Counted from the first letter of the stretch, positions 34,973-45,424 are shown. The stretch is 64,000 nucleotides of DNA from Candidatus Eiseniibacteriota bacterium (GCA_963725865.1 CAVSAC010000014.1:800001-864000), one strand, 5' to 3'. Numbers and translations: made by a program. Notes: generated from the sequence alone by a model not told the origin.

Positions 34973-36325
34973 ATGGGACACACGGCGCTGCGCACCTTTG
35001 GCCGCGGGGGCATCCACCCCGGGCCGCACAAGGAGGCCACGTCCGCGCTGCCCATCGAGTCGTTCGCGACTCCGCGCGAGGTCCGGCTGCCGCTGCTCCA
35101 GCACCTCGGCGAGCCCGGCACTCCGATCGTGAAGAAGGGTGACCTGGTGCGCCGCGGGCAGAAGATCGCCGACGGTGGCGCGACTGGAGTTCCGCTCCAC
35201 GCGACCATCTCGGGCAAGGTGAAGCCGATCGACCGGCAGCCGCACCCGACGCTCGTGAGTTCGCCCGCCATCACGATCGTGCCGGCGGCCGAGGCGGAGC
35301 CCGAGCTCGCCTACGAGGACGACCCGGGCTGGCGCGAGCTGCCGCGCGACGAAGCGCTGGCGCGCGTGCGCGAGGCCGGCATCGTGGGGCTCGGCGGCGC
35401 GGCGTTCCCGACCTGGCGCAAGCTGGTGTTCGCCACCGAGGCCGAGGTCGACACCGTGATCGTCAACGGCGCCGAATGCGAGCCGTATCTCACGTCCGAC
35501 TACCGCCTCATGCTGAGCGAGGCGGCGGGGGTGGTCGAGGGCGGCGTGGCGCTCGCGCGCCTGGTGGGCGCGGCGCGGGTGCTGTTCGGCGTCGAATCCG
35601 ACAAGCTGGATGCCGCCCACGCGCTGGGCGGGGCCATCGCCGCGTCGACGACGCAGGGCGTGGCCATGCACGTCGTGCCGGTCCTGGCCCGCTATCCCCA
35701 GGGCGCGGAGAAGCAACTCGTGCAGGCGGTCACCGGCCGCGTCGTGCCGCCGCGCCAGCTGCCGCTGGCGGTCGGCGTGCTGGTGCAGAACGTCGCCACC
35801 GCGCTCGCGGTCTACGAGGCGCTGCGCTGGCGCAAGCCGCTGCTCGACCGGGTCATGACCGTGACCGGCCCCGGCGTGCGACAGCCCAAGAACCTGAAGG
35901 TTCCGCTCGGCACCCTGCTGTCCGAGCTCGTGGAGCTGTGCGGCGGCATCACCGACGACGCCACGCGCCTGGTGGCCGGCGGCCCGATGATGGGCCGCGC
36001 GCTGCCGCGGCTCGACGTGCCGGTGCTCAAGGGTATGAACGGCCTGGTGGTGCTCACCGGGGCGTCCACGTTCGAGGACGGCTTCCTGGCCTGCATCCAG
36101 TGCGGGCGCTGCGTCGAGGCGTGTCCGCTGGGGCTCGAGCCCGATCAGGTCTCGGTGCGCGTCGAGGCGGGCCGCACGCTCGACACCGAGCCGTACGGCG
36201 CGCTCGAGTGCTACGAGTGCGGCTGCTGCACCTACGTGTGTCCGTCGCACCGCCCGCTCGTCCAGTTTATGCAGGTCGCCAAGGGCTCGCTGCGGCGGGC
36301 GCGCGAGACGCGGGCCAAGGCATGA
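34973..36325 (+). CDS. rnfC: Rnf complex subunit C
   Basis: GGIHP, GIVGLGGAAFPT, NGAECEPYLTSD, YPQGAEKQL, GGPMMG and two CxxCxxC motifs. Confidence 0.95.
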   Translation: MGHTALRTFGRGGIHPGPHKEATSALPIESFATPREVRLPLLQHLGEPGTPIVKKGDLVRRGQKIADGGATGVPLHATISGKVKPIDRQPHPTLVSSPAITIVPAAEAEPELAYEDDPGWRELPRDEALARVREAGIVGLGGAAFPTWRKLVFATEAEVDTVIVNGAECEPYLTSDYRLMLSEAAGVVEGGVALARLVGAARVLFGVESDKLDAAHALGGAIAASTTQGVAMHVVPVLARYPQGAEKQLVQAVTGRVVPPRQLPLAVGVLVQNVATALAVYEALRWRKPLLDRVMTVTGPGVRQPKNLKVPLGTLLSELVELCGGITDDATRLVAGGPMMGRALPRLDVPVLKGMNGLVVLTGASTFEDGFLACIQCGRCVEACPLGLEPDQVSVRVEAGRTLDTEPYGALECYECGCCTYVCPSHRPLVQFMQVAKGSLRRARETRAKA

Positions 36326-37302
36326 GCGAGGACCGCCGCTTCGTCATCTCTCCCGGTCCGCACCTTCACGCGGCCGACAGCACCGCCAACATCATGTGGT
36401 GGGTGAACGGCACCCTCGCGCCGATGGCGCTGTGGGGCGCGTTCGTGTTCGGCGGCTCCGCGCTCGCCGTGATCGCGGGCGCGGTCGCCGGCGCGGCGGG
36501 TTCCGAATGGGCGGTCGCGCGGCTCTCGCGACGCCGCTCGCCGCTCGGTGACGGCAGCGCCGTGTGCACCGGGCTGCTGCTGGCGCTCACGCTCTCGCCG
36601 GGAGTGGCGTGGTGGATGGCGCTGCTGGGCGGCGCGTTCGCGATCCTGCTCGGCAAGGCGATCTTCGGCGGGCTGGGCTTCAACCTGTTCAATCCCGCCC
36701 TGATCGGGCGCGCGTTCATGATGGCGTCGTTCCCGGTCGCGATGACCTCGTCGTGGCTGGCGCCCCGCCCGTGGTTCTCGACGCCGCTCGACGCGGTCAC
36801 CACCGCGACGCCGCTCGCCGCGCTGCGCGAACACGGTCTCGCGGCCGCGGTGAAGCTGGTGACCAGCCCCGCCGGACTGTGGGGCGGCCTGGCGCTCGGC
36901 TTCCGGCCCGGTTCGATCGGCGAGGTCTCGATGGTCCTGATCGCGCTGGGAGCCGTGGCGCTGCTGATGCGCGGCATCATCACGCTCTGGATCCCGCTCA
37001 GCGTCCTCGCGGGCGTGGCGCTGTCGACCGCCTTCACCGGCGCCGCGGGCCTCCACTTGATGAGCGGCGGATTGTGGTTGGGCGCCTTCTACATGGCGAC
37101 CGACTACGTCACCTCACCCACGATGCGCGGCGGCCAGATCGCGTTCGGGCTCACGGTCGGCGTGCTCACCGGCATCATTCGCGTCTACGGCGGCTATCCC
37201 GAGGGGATCTGCTACGCCATCCTGATCGCCAACGCCATGTCGCCGGCGTTCAACCTGTGGTTCCGCCCGCGGCGGAACGCACTGGCGGGGAGCCCGTCGT
37301 GA
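36322..37302 (+). CDS. rnfD: Rnf complex subunit D
   Basis: SPGPH, FGGLGFNLFNPA, FMN site DAVTTATPL, GSIGE, MATDYVTSP. Confidence 0.95.
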   Translation: MSEDRRFVISPGPHLHAADSTANIMWWVNGTLAPMALWGAFVFGGSALAVIAGAVAGAAGSEWAVARLSRRRSPLGDGSAVCTGLLLALTLSPGVAWWMALLGGAFAILLGKAIFGGLGFNLFNPALIGRAFMMASFPVAMTSSWLAPRPWFSTPLDAVTTATPLAALREHGLAAAVKLVTSPAGLWGGLALGFRPGSIGEVSMVLIALGAVALLMRGIITLWIPLSVLAGVALSTAFTGAAGLHLMSGGLWLGAFYMATDYVTSPTMRGGQIAFGLTVGVLTGIIRVYGGYPEGICYAILIANAMSPAFNLWFRPRRNALAGSPS

Positions 37303-38159
37303 GCACTGCTCCGCGCCTCGAGGACCGCGCCGAGCTGGTCCGTATCGTCGCCTCGATGGCCGGCACGATGGTGCTGGCAGGCTTCGTCCTCGGCGGCGTG
37401 TTCCTGGGCACCGATCGCTATCAGAAGGTCGCGGGACTGGCGAAGGAGAAGCGCAACGTCTCCCAGATGCTCCAGCTCGACTCCCAAGCCACGGTGCTGG
37501 AGGTGCGCCAGTACCTGGACCCCGAGAAGCGGGAGGTGGTCTACCGCGCGCGGCCGTTCGGGAACGAGGCCGCGGCGGCGCGCGAGCTCACGTTCTCGCT
37601 CGCGGGCGAGCTGCGCGGCCAGGCGCAGGTGCCTGCGACACCCGGAGGCGAGGAGGCGCCGCGCGGGATGCGTCCGCTCGGCCGCGTGTTCGTGGCCACT
37701 GCCGCCGGCGCCCCGGCCGGATTCGTCGTCGAGGGCGAGTCGCGCGGCTACAAGAACCGCATCCGCTTCTTCGTCGCGCTCTCGCCGGAGTTCGAGATCC
37801 TCGGGGTGCGCGTGGTCGAGCACGAGGAGGACCCCGGTCTCGGCGCCGAGGTCGCCACGCCCTGGTTCCAGGGCCAGTTCGTCGGCCGCGGCGGCGACGC
37901 GCTCGCCAAGCTCGACGTGACCCGCGATCCGATGCCCGAGGACTGGCGCGGCGCGCTCCAGGAGCTGGCGCGCACCCCGGTGCCGGAGTGGCGCGCGAAG
38001 CACGCGGCCGAGCTCCAGGCGCAGGCCGGCCGGCCGATCTACGCCGTCACCGGCGCGACGATCTCGAGCCGCGCACTCACGAACGGCGTGCGCGCAACGG
38101 TGGACCACTTCCACCGGCGCTGGCAGCTGCTGGCGCCCTACCTGGGAGGCCCCGCGTGA
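37299..38159 (+). CDS. rnfG: Rnf complex subunit G (FMN-binding)
   Basis: N-terminal TM, GYKNRI, HEEDPGLG, FMN site AVTGATISS. Confidence 0.88.
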   Translation: MSTAPRLEDRAELVRIVASMAGTMVLAGFVLGGVFLGTDRYQKVAGLAKEKRNVSQMLQLDSQATVLEVRQYLDPEKREVVYRARPFGNEAAAARELTFSLAGELRGQAQVPATPGGEEAPRGMRPLGRVFVATAAGAPAGFVVEGESRGYKNRIRFFVALSPEFEILGVRVVEHEEDPGLGAEVATPWFQGQFVGRGGDALAKLDVTRDPMPEDWRGALQELARTPVPEWRAKHAAELQAQAGRPIYAVTGATISSRALTNGVRATVDHFHRRWQLLAPYLGGPA

Positions 38160-38818
38160 GCACCGTCCTGGTCCAGGGCCCGCGGCCCTCGGCGCTGCAG
38201 CTGGTGATGAACGGGATCCTGAACGAGAACCCGGTGTTCCGGCTCGCGCTCTCGCTGTGCCCGGCGGTCGCCGTGACGAACACGGTGATGAACGGCGTCA
38301 TCCTGGGCATCGCAGTGCTGTGCGTGCAGGTGTTCTCGAGCATGACCGTGGCGGTGGCCAAGCGGCTCATCCACCCGCGGGTGCGCATCCCGGTCTACAC
38401 CGTCATCATCGCCGTCTGGGTGAGCGCCATGGACATGTCGCTCGCGGCGTTCACGCCCACGCTCTACGCCCAGGTCGGCCTCTACGTGAAGCTGATCGTC
38501 GCGTTCGCGATCATCATCTCGCGCCTCGAGGTGTTCGCCTCCAAGCAGCCGCTGTGGCCGTCGTTCTGGGACGGGCTCGGCATGGGGCTCGGCTTCCTGC
38601 TCGCGCTGGTGGTGATCGGCGCCCTGCGCGAACTGCTCGGCAACGGCTCGCTGCTGGGGTTCGCGCTCACGCCGTCGAAGCCGCTGCTGTTCTTCGCGCT
38701 GCCGGCCGGCGGGTTCTTCTCGATCGCGCTGCTGATGGCGTTCTTCAACGCGGTCGAGGCCCGGGTCGCGGGGCCGGATGCGGCGCCGAAGTCGGGCGGC
38801 GGGGGTGCCCATGGCTAG
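38156..38818 (+). CDS. rnfE: Rnf complex subunit E
   Basis: GILNENPVF, LSLCPAVAVT, RIPVY, DGLGMGLGF, RELLGNG. Confidence 0.92.
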   Translation: MSTVLVQGPRPSALQLVMNGILNENPVFRLALSLCPAVAVTNTVMNGVILGIAVLCVQVFSSMTVAVAKRLIHPRVRIPVYTVIIAVWVSAMDMSLAAFTPTLYAQVGLYVKLIVAFAIIISRLEVFASKQPLWPSFWDGLGMGLGFLLALVVIGALRELLGNGSLLGFALTPSKPLLFFALPAGGFFSIALLMAFFNAVEARVAGPDAAPKSGGGGAHG

Positions 38819-39728
38819 TCACCGGCCGCTCCTCGCCCTCGCGCTGCTCGCGCTGCTGGTCGCGGTCCCCGGCAGCGCCGCGGAATCGATCATCCGCCAC
38901 GTGCGCGTGCTGGCGCCGAACACGCTGAAGGTCACGCTGGCGCAGCCGCTGACGCGCACCGACGCCGCCAACTTCCGCTTCACCGAGACCAGCGCGCCCG
39001 ACGCTCCGATGACGGTGACCGCGGTGCAGGTGGACGCGCCGGACCACGTCACGCTCACGGTGGACCAGCCGCTCTACGCCGGCAACGCCTACCGCCTCGA
39101 GCTCGCCGAGCCGCCCGCGGCCCGCGACGTGAAGCCGTCGTCGTGGGCGCTGCTGTTCGCGGTGTTCCTGTCGTCGGCGCTCATCAACAACTTCGTGTTC
39201 ACCCGCTATCTCGGACTGTGCGTGTTCTTCGGCGTCTCGAAGCGGCGCGACACCGCCATCGGCATGGGCATCACGTTCACGCTGGTGATGGTGCTCACCG
39301 GCATGATCTCGTGGGCGCTCTTCACCTTCGTGATGAAGCCGCTCCACCTCACGTTCCTGCAGGTCATCGTGTTCATCGGGGTGGTCGCGTTCTTCGTGCA
39401 GCTCCTGGACACGGTGCTCAAGAAGGTGAATCCGGCGATGCACCGCAGCTTCGGCATCTACCTGGTGCTCATCACGACGAACTGCATCATCCTCGCCGTG
39501 CCGCTGCTCAACGCGGCCGCCAACGCGACCGCGCTCGACGCGCTGGCGCTGGCGGTGGGCTCGGGCGTGGGATTCGCGCTCGCGTTGTTCCTGATGTCGT
39601 GCGCGCGGGAGAAGCTGGAGCTCGCGCGGGTACCGAAGTCGTTCGCGGGCCTGCCGATCGCGTTCGCGCTGGCGGGACTGTTCGCGCTCGCCTTCATGGG
39701 TTTCTCGGGGTTGGACTTCTTCCGGTAG
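38811..39728 (+). CDS. rnfA: Rnf complex subunit A with extra N-terminal signal peptide + beta-rich domain
   Basis: INNFVFTRYLGLC, GIYLVLITTNC and MGFSG core, preceded by a ~105-aa extension. Confidence 0.88.
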   Translation: MASHRPLLALALLALLVAVPGSAAESIIRHVRVLAPNTLKVTLAQPLTRTDAANFRFTETSAPDAPMTVTAVQVDAPDHVTLTVDQPLYAGNAYRLELAEPPAARDVKPSSWALLFAVFLSSALINNFVFTRYLGLCVFFGVSKRRDTAIGMGITFTLVMVLTGMISWALFTFVMKPLHLTFLQVIVFIGVVAFFVQLLDTVLKKVNPAMHRSFGIYLVLITTNCIILAVPLLNAAANATALDALALAVGSGVGFALALFLMSCAREKLELARVPKSFAGLPIAFALAGLFALAFMGFSGLDFFR

Positions 39729-39737
39729 GGATCGATC

Positions 39738-40613
39738 GTGGACCATCAGACGCTCGGCATCGTGCTGTGGGGGCTCGCGCTCTTCACCGTGCTCGGGCTG
39801 CTGTTCGGCTTCGCCCTCGCGGTGGCGGCGCAGCGCTTCCGGGTGGCGTCGAACCCGCTGGTCGACGCGGTGCGGGACCACCTACCCTCGGCCAACTGCG
39901 GCGCGTGCGGATTCGCCGGCTGCACGGCCTACGCCGAGGCGGTGGTGGAGCGCAACGAGGTCTCGCCGAATCTGTGCATCCCGGGGCGCCAGGCCGTCGC
40001 CAATGCGGTCGCCACGCTCACCCACAAGGCGCTCGGCTCGGTCGAGGACCGCATCGTGGTCATGCGCTGCCACGGCGTCAGCGCCTACGCGCGCGAGGAG
40101 GCCGTGTACGCGGGAATCCCGACCTGCTCCGCTGCGGCGATGGTGTTCGGCGGACCGAAGGCCTGCAAGAACGGCTGCCTCGGCCTCGGCGACTGCGTGC
40201 GCGCCTGCCCGTTCGGCGCCCTGCACCTGGGTGGCGAGGGCATCGCGGTGGTGGACGTCGCGAAGTGCACCGGCTGCGCGATCTGCGTCGCCGTGTGTCC
40301 CAAGAACCTGTTCGAGCTCTATCCGCGCTCGCGCCGCATCGAGCTGTCCTGCGTGGCGCGCGACAAGGGCTCGGTGGTCCGATCGACGTGCATGGTCGGC
40401 TGCATCCTGTGTCGCAAGTGCGTCTCGAAGTGCCCGGCGGGCGCGATCACCTGGGACGGCCAGACGATCGTCATCGACCACGTGGCGTGCCAGGCGTACG
40501 GCCCCTCGTGCAACGAGGCCTGCGTGGACATCTGCCCGAGCAACATCCTGCATCGCGTAGGCCAGCTGCCTCGTCCCGAGGTGGTCGAGCCCGCACAGAC
40601 CGTGGAGGTGTGA
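39738..40613 (+). CDS. rnfB: Rnf complex subunit B (polyferredoxin type)
   Basis: N-terminal TM, LPSANCGACGFAGC, CKNGCLGLGDC and further ferredoxin motifs. Confidence 0.92.
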   Translation: MDHQTLGIVLWGLALFTVLGLLFGFALAVAAQRFRVASNPLVDAVRDHLPSANCGACGFAGCTAYAEAVVERNEVSPNLCIPGRQAVANAVATLTHKALGSVEDRIVVMRCHGVSAYAREEAVYAGIPTCSAAAMVFGGPKACKNGCLGLGDCVRACPFGALHLGGEGIAVVDVAKCTGCAICVAVCPKNLFELYPRSRRIELSCVARDKGSVVRSTCMVGCILCRKCVSKCPAGAITWDGQTIVIDHVACQAYGPSCNEACVDICPSNILHRVGQLPRPEVVEPAQTVEV

Positions 40614-40618
40614 TTCCT

Positions 40619-42367
40619 ATGGAAACCGGCACCCGGACCCGCCCCGCCGAGGCCGCTCGCCCCACGACGACGACCGATTCGATCGTGATCGCCGTGGTGG
40701 GCAGCGGCGGCGACGGCGTGGCCCTGCTCGGCGACCTGATCCTGAAGATGGCCGCGCAGCAGGGTCTGTATGGAGTGATGGTGCAGTCGTACGGACCCCA
40801 GATCCGTGGCGGCGAGTCGGCGGTGGCACTGCGGCTCGCGTGCGAAGAGGTCCAGTACGAAGGAGACCACGCCGACCTGCTGCTGTGCTTCCGACTCAAC
40901 GACCTCAAGCGCTTCCGCGGCTCGGTGCGACTTCACGACCAGAGCCTCCTGTTCCTCGAGCAGGCCGACCAGGGCGAGCTGCCCGAGTGGCTCGGTCCCA
41001 CCGGCCGAGCGCCGGTGCGCCACCCGTTCGCCACGTTCCAGGACGGCATGGAGGTCGCGGGCCCGCCGAAGAACATGCAGGGCCTGGGCCTCATCGCGCG
41101 CGCCCTCGGCTGGCCGCTCGAGCTGGTGAAGCAGGTGCTGGAGCAGCGCTTCGGCAAGCGCCCCGAGGCGCTCGCCCGCAACATCGAAGCGGTCGAGCAG
41201 GGCTACGCCCGCACCGGCCTGCCGGTCCTGCCGCAGCTGCGGGGCCACGGAGTGGCGCTGCCCGTGGAAGCCGGCAACGAGGCCACGGCGCGCGGCGCGA
41301 TGGCGGCCGGGCTGCGGTTCTTCGCCGGCTATCCGATCACGCCGTCCTCCGAGGTGATGGAAACGCTCATCGACGAGCTGCCGGCGCTCGGCGGCACCGT
41401 GGTGCAGGCCGAGGACGAGATCGCCGCACTGGGGATGGTGCTCGGCGCCTCGTTCGGCGGCACGCCGTCGATGACCGCCACGAGCGGCCCGGGCCTCTCG
41501 CTGATGACCGAGATGATGGGCCTCTCCTCGATGGTCGAGATCCCGGCGGTGATCGTGGACTGCCAGCGCGTCGGCCCCGCCACGGGCATGCCGTCGCGCA
41601 CCGAACAGGCCGATCTCAATCACGCGATCTACGCCGGACACGGTGATTTCCCGCGCGTGGTGCTGGGCGTGTACGACGTCGTGCACGCGTACGATGTGAT
41701 GTTCCGGGCGTTCCACCTCGCCGAGAAGTGGGCGCTCCCGGTGCTGGTGCTCTCGGATGCCTACGTGGCCCAGCGGCGCCAGATCCGCGATCCGATCCCG
41801 CCTCCGCCCGAGGCGCCGAAGCGTCCAGCGTGGACCGCCGAGTACGGGCCGGCGCGCTTCAAGCTCAATGACGTCGTGTCGCCATTCCGCCGTCCCGGTA
41901 CCCCCGGCGGGCAGTACCTGGCGGCCGGCATCGAGCACACCGTCGCAGGCGCACCGTCGGCCGATGGTGGCGTGCACGAGGAGATGCAGGCCAAGCGGTT
42001 CCGGAAGATCCCGGCGATCGCTCAGGAGACGCGCGACTGGTACCGCACGTTCGGCGATCCGGTCGCCACCCGCGGCCTCTTGGCGTGGGGCAGCATGTAT
42101 GGTCTGCTGCGCGAGTACGTGAAGCATCATCCCGAGTACCGCGTGTTCATGCCCGAGATCCTGCATCCGTTCCCGCTCGAGGGGCTGACCGCGTGGCGCA
42201 GCGGCCTCACGGACCTGGCGGTCGTCGAGCTGTCGTTCGGCGCCCAGTTCCATCGCTACCTGTGTGGCATCACCCACATGACCGGGGTGCGGAGTCTCGC
42301 GCGCAGCGGCGGCCTGCCGATGTCCGAGCTCGAACTCACCCGCATGCTCAGCGAGGCGACCCGATGA
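40619..42367 (+). CDS. korA: 2-oxoacid:ferredoxin oxidoreductase alpha subunit (KorA-type gamma-alpha fusion)
   Basis: GSGGDG, QIRGGES, AGYPITPSS, QAEDEIAA, TATSGPGLSLM, QRVGPATGMP. Confidence 0.88.
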   Translation: METGTRTRPAEAARPTTTTDSIVIAVVGSGGDGVALLGDLILKMAAQQGLYGVMVQSYGPQIRGGESAVALRLACEEVQYEGDHADLLLCFRLNDLKRFRGSVRLHDQSLLFLEQADQGELPEWLGPTGRAPVRHPFATFQDGMEVAGPPKNMQGLGLIARALGWPLELVKQVLEQRFGKRPEALARNIEAVEQGYARTGLPVLPQLRGHGVALPVEAGNEATARGAMAAGLRFFAGYPITPSSEVMETLIDELPALGGTVVQAEDEIAALGMVLGASFGGTPSMTATSGPGLSLMTEMMGLSSMVEIPAVIVDCQRVGPATGMPSRTEQADLNHAIYAGHGDFPRVVLGVYDVVHAYDVMFRAFHLAEKWALPVLVLSDAYVAQRRQIRDPIPPPPEAPKRPAWTAEYGPARFKLNDVVSPFRRPGTPGGQYLAAGIEHTVAGAPSADGGVHEEMQAKRFRKIPAIAQETRDWYRTFGDPVATRGLLAWGSMYGLLREYVKHHPEYRVFMPEILHPFPLEGLTAWRSGLTDLAVVELSFGAQFHRYLCGITHMTGVRSLARSGGLPMSELELTRMLSEATR

Positions 42368-43212
42368 AGGCCAAGGACTACCGTTCCGAACTCGAGCCGG
42401 TGTGGTGCAGCGGCTGCGGCGACTACGGCGTGCTCAAAGGCCTCACCCAGGCACTCGCGGATCTCGAGGTGGTGCCCGAGAAGCTGGCGGTGGTGTCGGG
42501 CATCGGTTGCTCGAGCCGGCTCGCCGGCTACATGAACGCGTACTCGTTCAACTCGGTGCACGGGCGAGCGCTGCCGATCGCGACCGGGCTCAAGCTGTCG
42601 CGTCCCGAGCTCACCACCGTCGTGGTGGGGGGCGACGGCGATGGCTTCAGCATCGGACTCGGCCACATCCCGCACGCGGTGCGCCGCAACGTGGACTTCA
42701 CTTACGCGGTGATGGACAACGGCATCTACGGCCTCACGAAGGGCCAGGCGTCGCCCACCACCGAGATGGAGGCGAAGCGCAAGCGCGGGCTCGCCGGTCA
42801 GAACGAGCGCCCGCTGAACCCTGTGCTGCTGGTGCTCAGCTCCGGGGCCGGCTTCGTCGCGCGGGGGCACGCCGGCAACCTCCCGCACCTGCGCACGCTG
42901 TTCCGGGAAGCCATCCGCTACCCCGGATTCGCGTTCATCCACATCCTCGCCGGCTGCGTGACGTACCAGCCCTCGGGCTACGCCGAGGAGCTCTACCAGC
43001 GCAGCTTCTTCCTGCCCGACGACTACGACCCGTCCGACTTCAACCGCGCGAGCGACCTCGCGCGGGGCGAGCGGTTCGCGCTGGGCATCCTCTACCGTCG
43101 CGACCCCGATCGGCCCCCCCTGGTGTTGCGCACCGAGGATCAGGCCGAGGTCGGCGTGTGGCCCCCGTCGGATCGGGCGGCGGAGCCCACCTTCCCGGGC
43201 GAGCGTGCCTGA
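42364..43212 (+). CDS. korB: 2-oxoacid:ferredoxin oxidoreductase beta subunit (KorB-type)
   Basis: WCSGCGD, SGIGCSS, HGRALP, GGDGD, DNGIYGLTKGQASPT. Confidence 0.9.
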   Translation: MKAKDYRSELEPVWCSGCGDYGVLKGLTQALADLEVVPEKLAVVSGIGCSSRLAGYMNAYSFNSVHGRALPIATGLKLSRPELTTVVVGGDGDGFSIGLGHIPHAVRRNVDFTYAVMDNGIYGLTKGQASPTTEMEAKRKRGLAGQNERPLNPVLLVLSSGAGFVARGHAGNLPHLRTLFREAIRYPGFAFIHILAGCVTYQPSGYAEELYQRSFFLPDDYDPSDFNRASDLARGERFALGILYRRDPDRPPLVLRTEDQAEVGVWPPSDRAAEPTFPGERA

Positions 43213-45424
43213 CACGCCGCCGCGCGTGAGGCTCGGGATGCGGATGGGTTCGGGGGGGCGGACGAGACTCGCGGGCCTCGCGCGCAGCGTCGCGACACGG
43301 TGGCCGAGCGGTCGTCGCGCGCGGCGCGTGACCGGGCTGGCGCTGGCGTCCCTCGCGCTGGCGGTGGCCGCGCACGCGGCGCCGACCAGCGACGACTGCC
43401 TGATGTGTCACGGCGATCGAACGCTCAAGCGTTCGGCGCCGCGGCCGCCGACCTCCGTGTTCGTGGACGCCGCGGCGGTCTCACGCTCGGTGCACCGGGG
43501 CCTCGCGTGCGTCACGTGTCACACCAGCGTGCGCCAGGTGCCGCACCCCGAGGTGCTGCCGAAGCCGCGCTGCGAGACCTGCCATGCGGACCAGGCGGCG
43601 GGACTCGCGAGCGGCGCGCACGCGCAGGTCGTCGGCCGGAGCGGCAAGGCCGGCTGCGAGGGGTGCCACGGCGTGCACGACGTCGCGCCGGCGTCCCGCA
43701 CCGGCGTGCAGTACTGCGGCAGCTGCCACGGCGACATCGTCGAGCGCTATCGCCAGAGCGTCCACGGGCGCGCACTCGCGCGCGGGGACACCGACGCGTC
43801 GACGTGCCAGGACTGCCACGGCGGCGTGCACACGGTGAAGCTGCACACCGACCCCGCGTCGCCGGTTCACCGCACGCACCTGGCCGCGACGTGCGCGAAG
43901 TGCCACGCCGATCGCGCGCTGATGATCAAGCGACGGATCAACATCCCGGAGGCGGTGGCGCTCTACCGCGAGAGCGTGCACGGGCGCTCCAAGAACCCGA
44001 ACGCGGCGACCTGCAACGACTGCCACGAGAGCCACGACCTCAAGCCGGCGGCCGACCCGACCTCCTCGGTCTATCGCCGAAACATCCCGAAGACCTGCGG
44101 CCGGTGCCATGCCCGGGAGGCGCAGGCCTACGCCATCGGCGTCCACGGCCAGGCGCTCGCGCGCGGCGTCACGCGTACGCCGGTCTGCACCGACTGCCAC
44201 GGCGAGCACAAGATCCGCGGCCCGCGCGAAGCGGCCTCGCCGGTCGCGGCGGGCGCCGTCACCGCCACCTGCGCGACGTGCCACGAGGCCACCGGGATCC
44301 GCGAGACCTTCGGTCTGCCGGCCGGGCGGCTCTCGAGCTACCAGGATTCCTTCCACGGCCTGGCGGCGCGCGGCGGCTCGCCGGCGGTGGCGAACTGCGC
44401 GTCGTGCCACGGCTTCCACGACATCCTGCCGTCCAGCGACCCGCGCTCGACGGTGAGTCCGCGGAACCTGTCGAAGACCTGCGGCCACTGCCACCCCGGC
44501 ACCGGCGAGGCGTTCGCGCGCGGCATGGTGCACTCCACGATGACGCGTGCCGACCAGCCGCTCCTGGCGTGGATCCGCGCCATCTACCTGTGGCTGATCG
44601 GCGGCACCATCGGGGGCATGGCGGTCCACCAGGGGCTCGACTTCGTCCGCAAGGCGCGCCGCCGTTATCACGACCACGTGCGATCGGAAGCCGCGGCCGA
44701 GGTCCCGACCGGGCGCTGGTTCGTGCGCATGACGCCCGTGGAGCGCATCCAGCACGTGCTGCTGTTCACCAGTTTCTTCACGCTCGTCTACACGGGCTTC
44801 GCGCTCAAGTTCCCGGAGAGCGGCTGGTTCGCCTGGATGGCGCGCATGGAGCACGGGTACGCGTTGCGCAGCATCGTCCATCGCATCGCAGCGGTCGTGC
44901 AGACCGTCGCGGCCGCGGTGCACATCGGCTATCTGTTCACCCGGCGCGGCCGCGGCACGCTGCGCGATCTGGTGCCCACGCTGCGCGATGCGCAGGAGGC
45001 GCTGGCGAACCTGCTCTACCTCGCGGGCCTGCGCCGCCACCCGCCGGCCTTCGCGCGCTTCAGCTACATCGAGAAGGCCGAGTACTGGGCGCTGGTATGG
45101 GGCACCGTGGTGATGACGCTCACGGGGCTCATCCTCTGGTTCGAGAACACCGCCGGCCGGATGTTCGGCAAGTGGGTCTTCGACGTCGCCACGCTGGTGC
45201 ACTACTACGAGGCGTGGCTGGCGTTCCTCGCCATCATGGTCTGGCACATCTACCAGAACGTGGTGAATCCCGACGTCTACCCGATGAACTGGACCTGGCT
45301 GACGGGCCGCATCAGCGAGGAGCACCTGCGCCACGAGCACGGCGGCGAGTGGGCGGAGATCGTGGCCAGCGAGCGCGCCGAGCGGGGCGACGACGATCGT
45401 CCCACCGAACCCCCCGCGCACTGA
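43205..45424 (+). CDS. CbcL-like fusion: 13-heme cytochrome c + diheme cytochrome b domain
   Basis: 13 CxxCH; ERIQH..VHR..FSYIEKAEYWALVWG..VHYYEAWLA..VWHIY. Start uncertain. Confidence 0.85.
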   Translation: MPDTPPRVRLGMRMGSGGRTRLAGLARSVATRWPSGRRARRVTGLALASLALAVAAHAAPTSDDCLMCHGDRTLKRSAPRPPTSVFVDAAAVSRSVHRGLACVTCHTSVRQVPHPEVLPKPRCETCHADQAAGLASGAHAQVVGRSGKAGCEGCHGVHDVAPASRTGVQYCGSCHGDIVERYRQSVHGRALARGDTDASTCQDCHGGVHTVKLHTDPASPVHRTHLAATCAKCHADRALMIKRRINIPEAVALYRESVHGRSKNPNAATCNDCHESHDLKPAADPTSSVYRRNIPKTCGRCHAREAQAYAIGVHGQALARGVTRTPVCTDCHGEHKIRGPREAASPVAAGAVTATCATCHEATGIRETFGLPAGRLSSYQDSFHGLAARGGSPAVANCASCHGFHDILPSSDPRSTVSPRNLSKTCGHCHPGTGEAFARGMVHSTMTRADQPLLAWIRAIYLWLIGGTIGGMAVHQGLDFVRKARRRYHDHVRSEAAAEVPTGRWFVRMTPVERIQHVLLFTSFFTLVYTGFALKFPESGWFAWMARMEHGYALRSIVHRIAAVVQTVAAAVHIGYLFTRRGRGTLRDLVPTLRDAQEALANLLYLAGLRRHPPAFARFSYIEKAEYWALVWGTVVMTLTGLILWFENTAGRMFGKWVFDVATLVHYYEAWLAFLAIMVWHIYQNVVNPDVYPMNWTWLTGRISEEHLRHEHGGEWAEIVASERAERGDDDRPTEPPAH

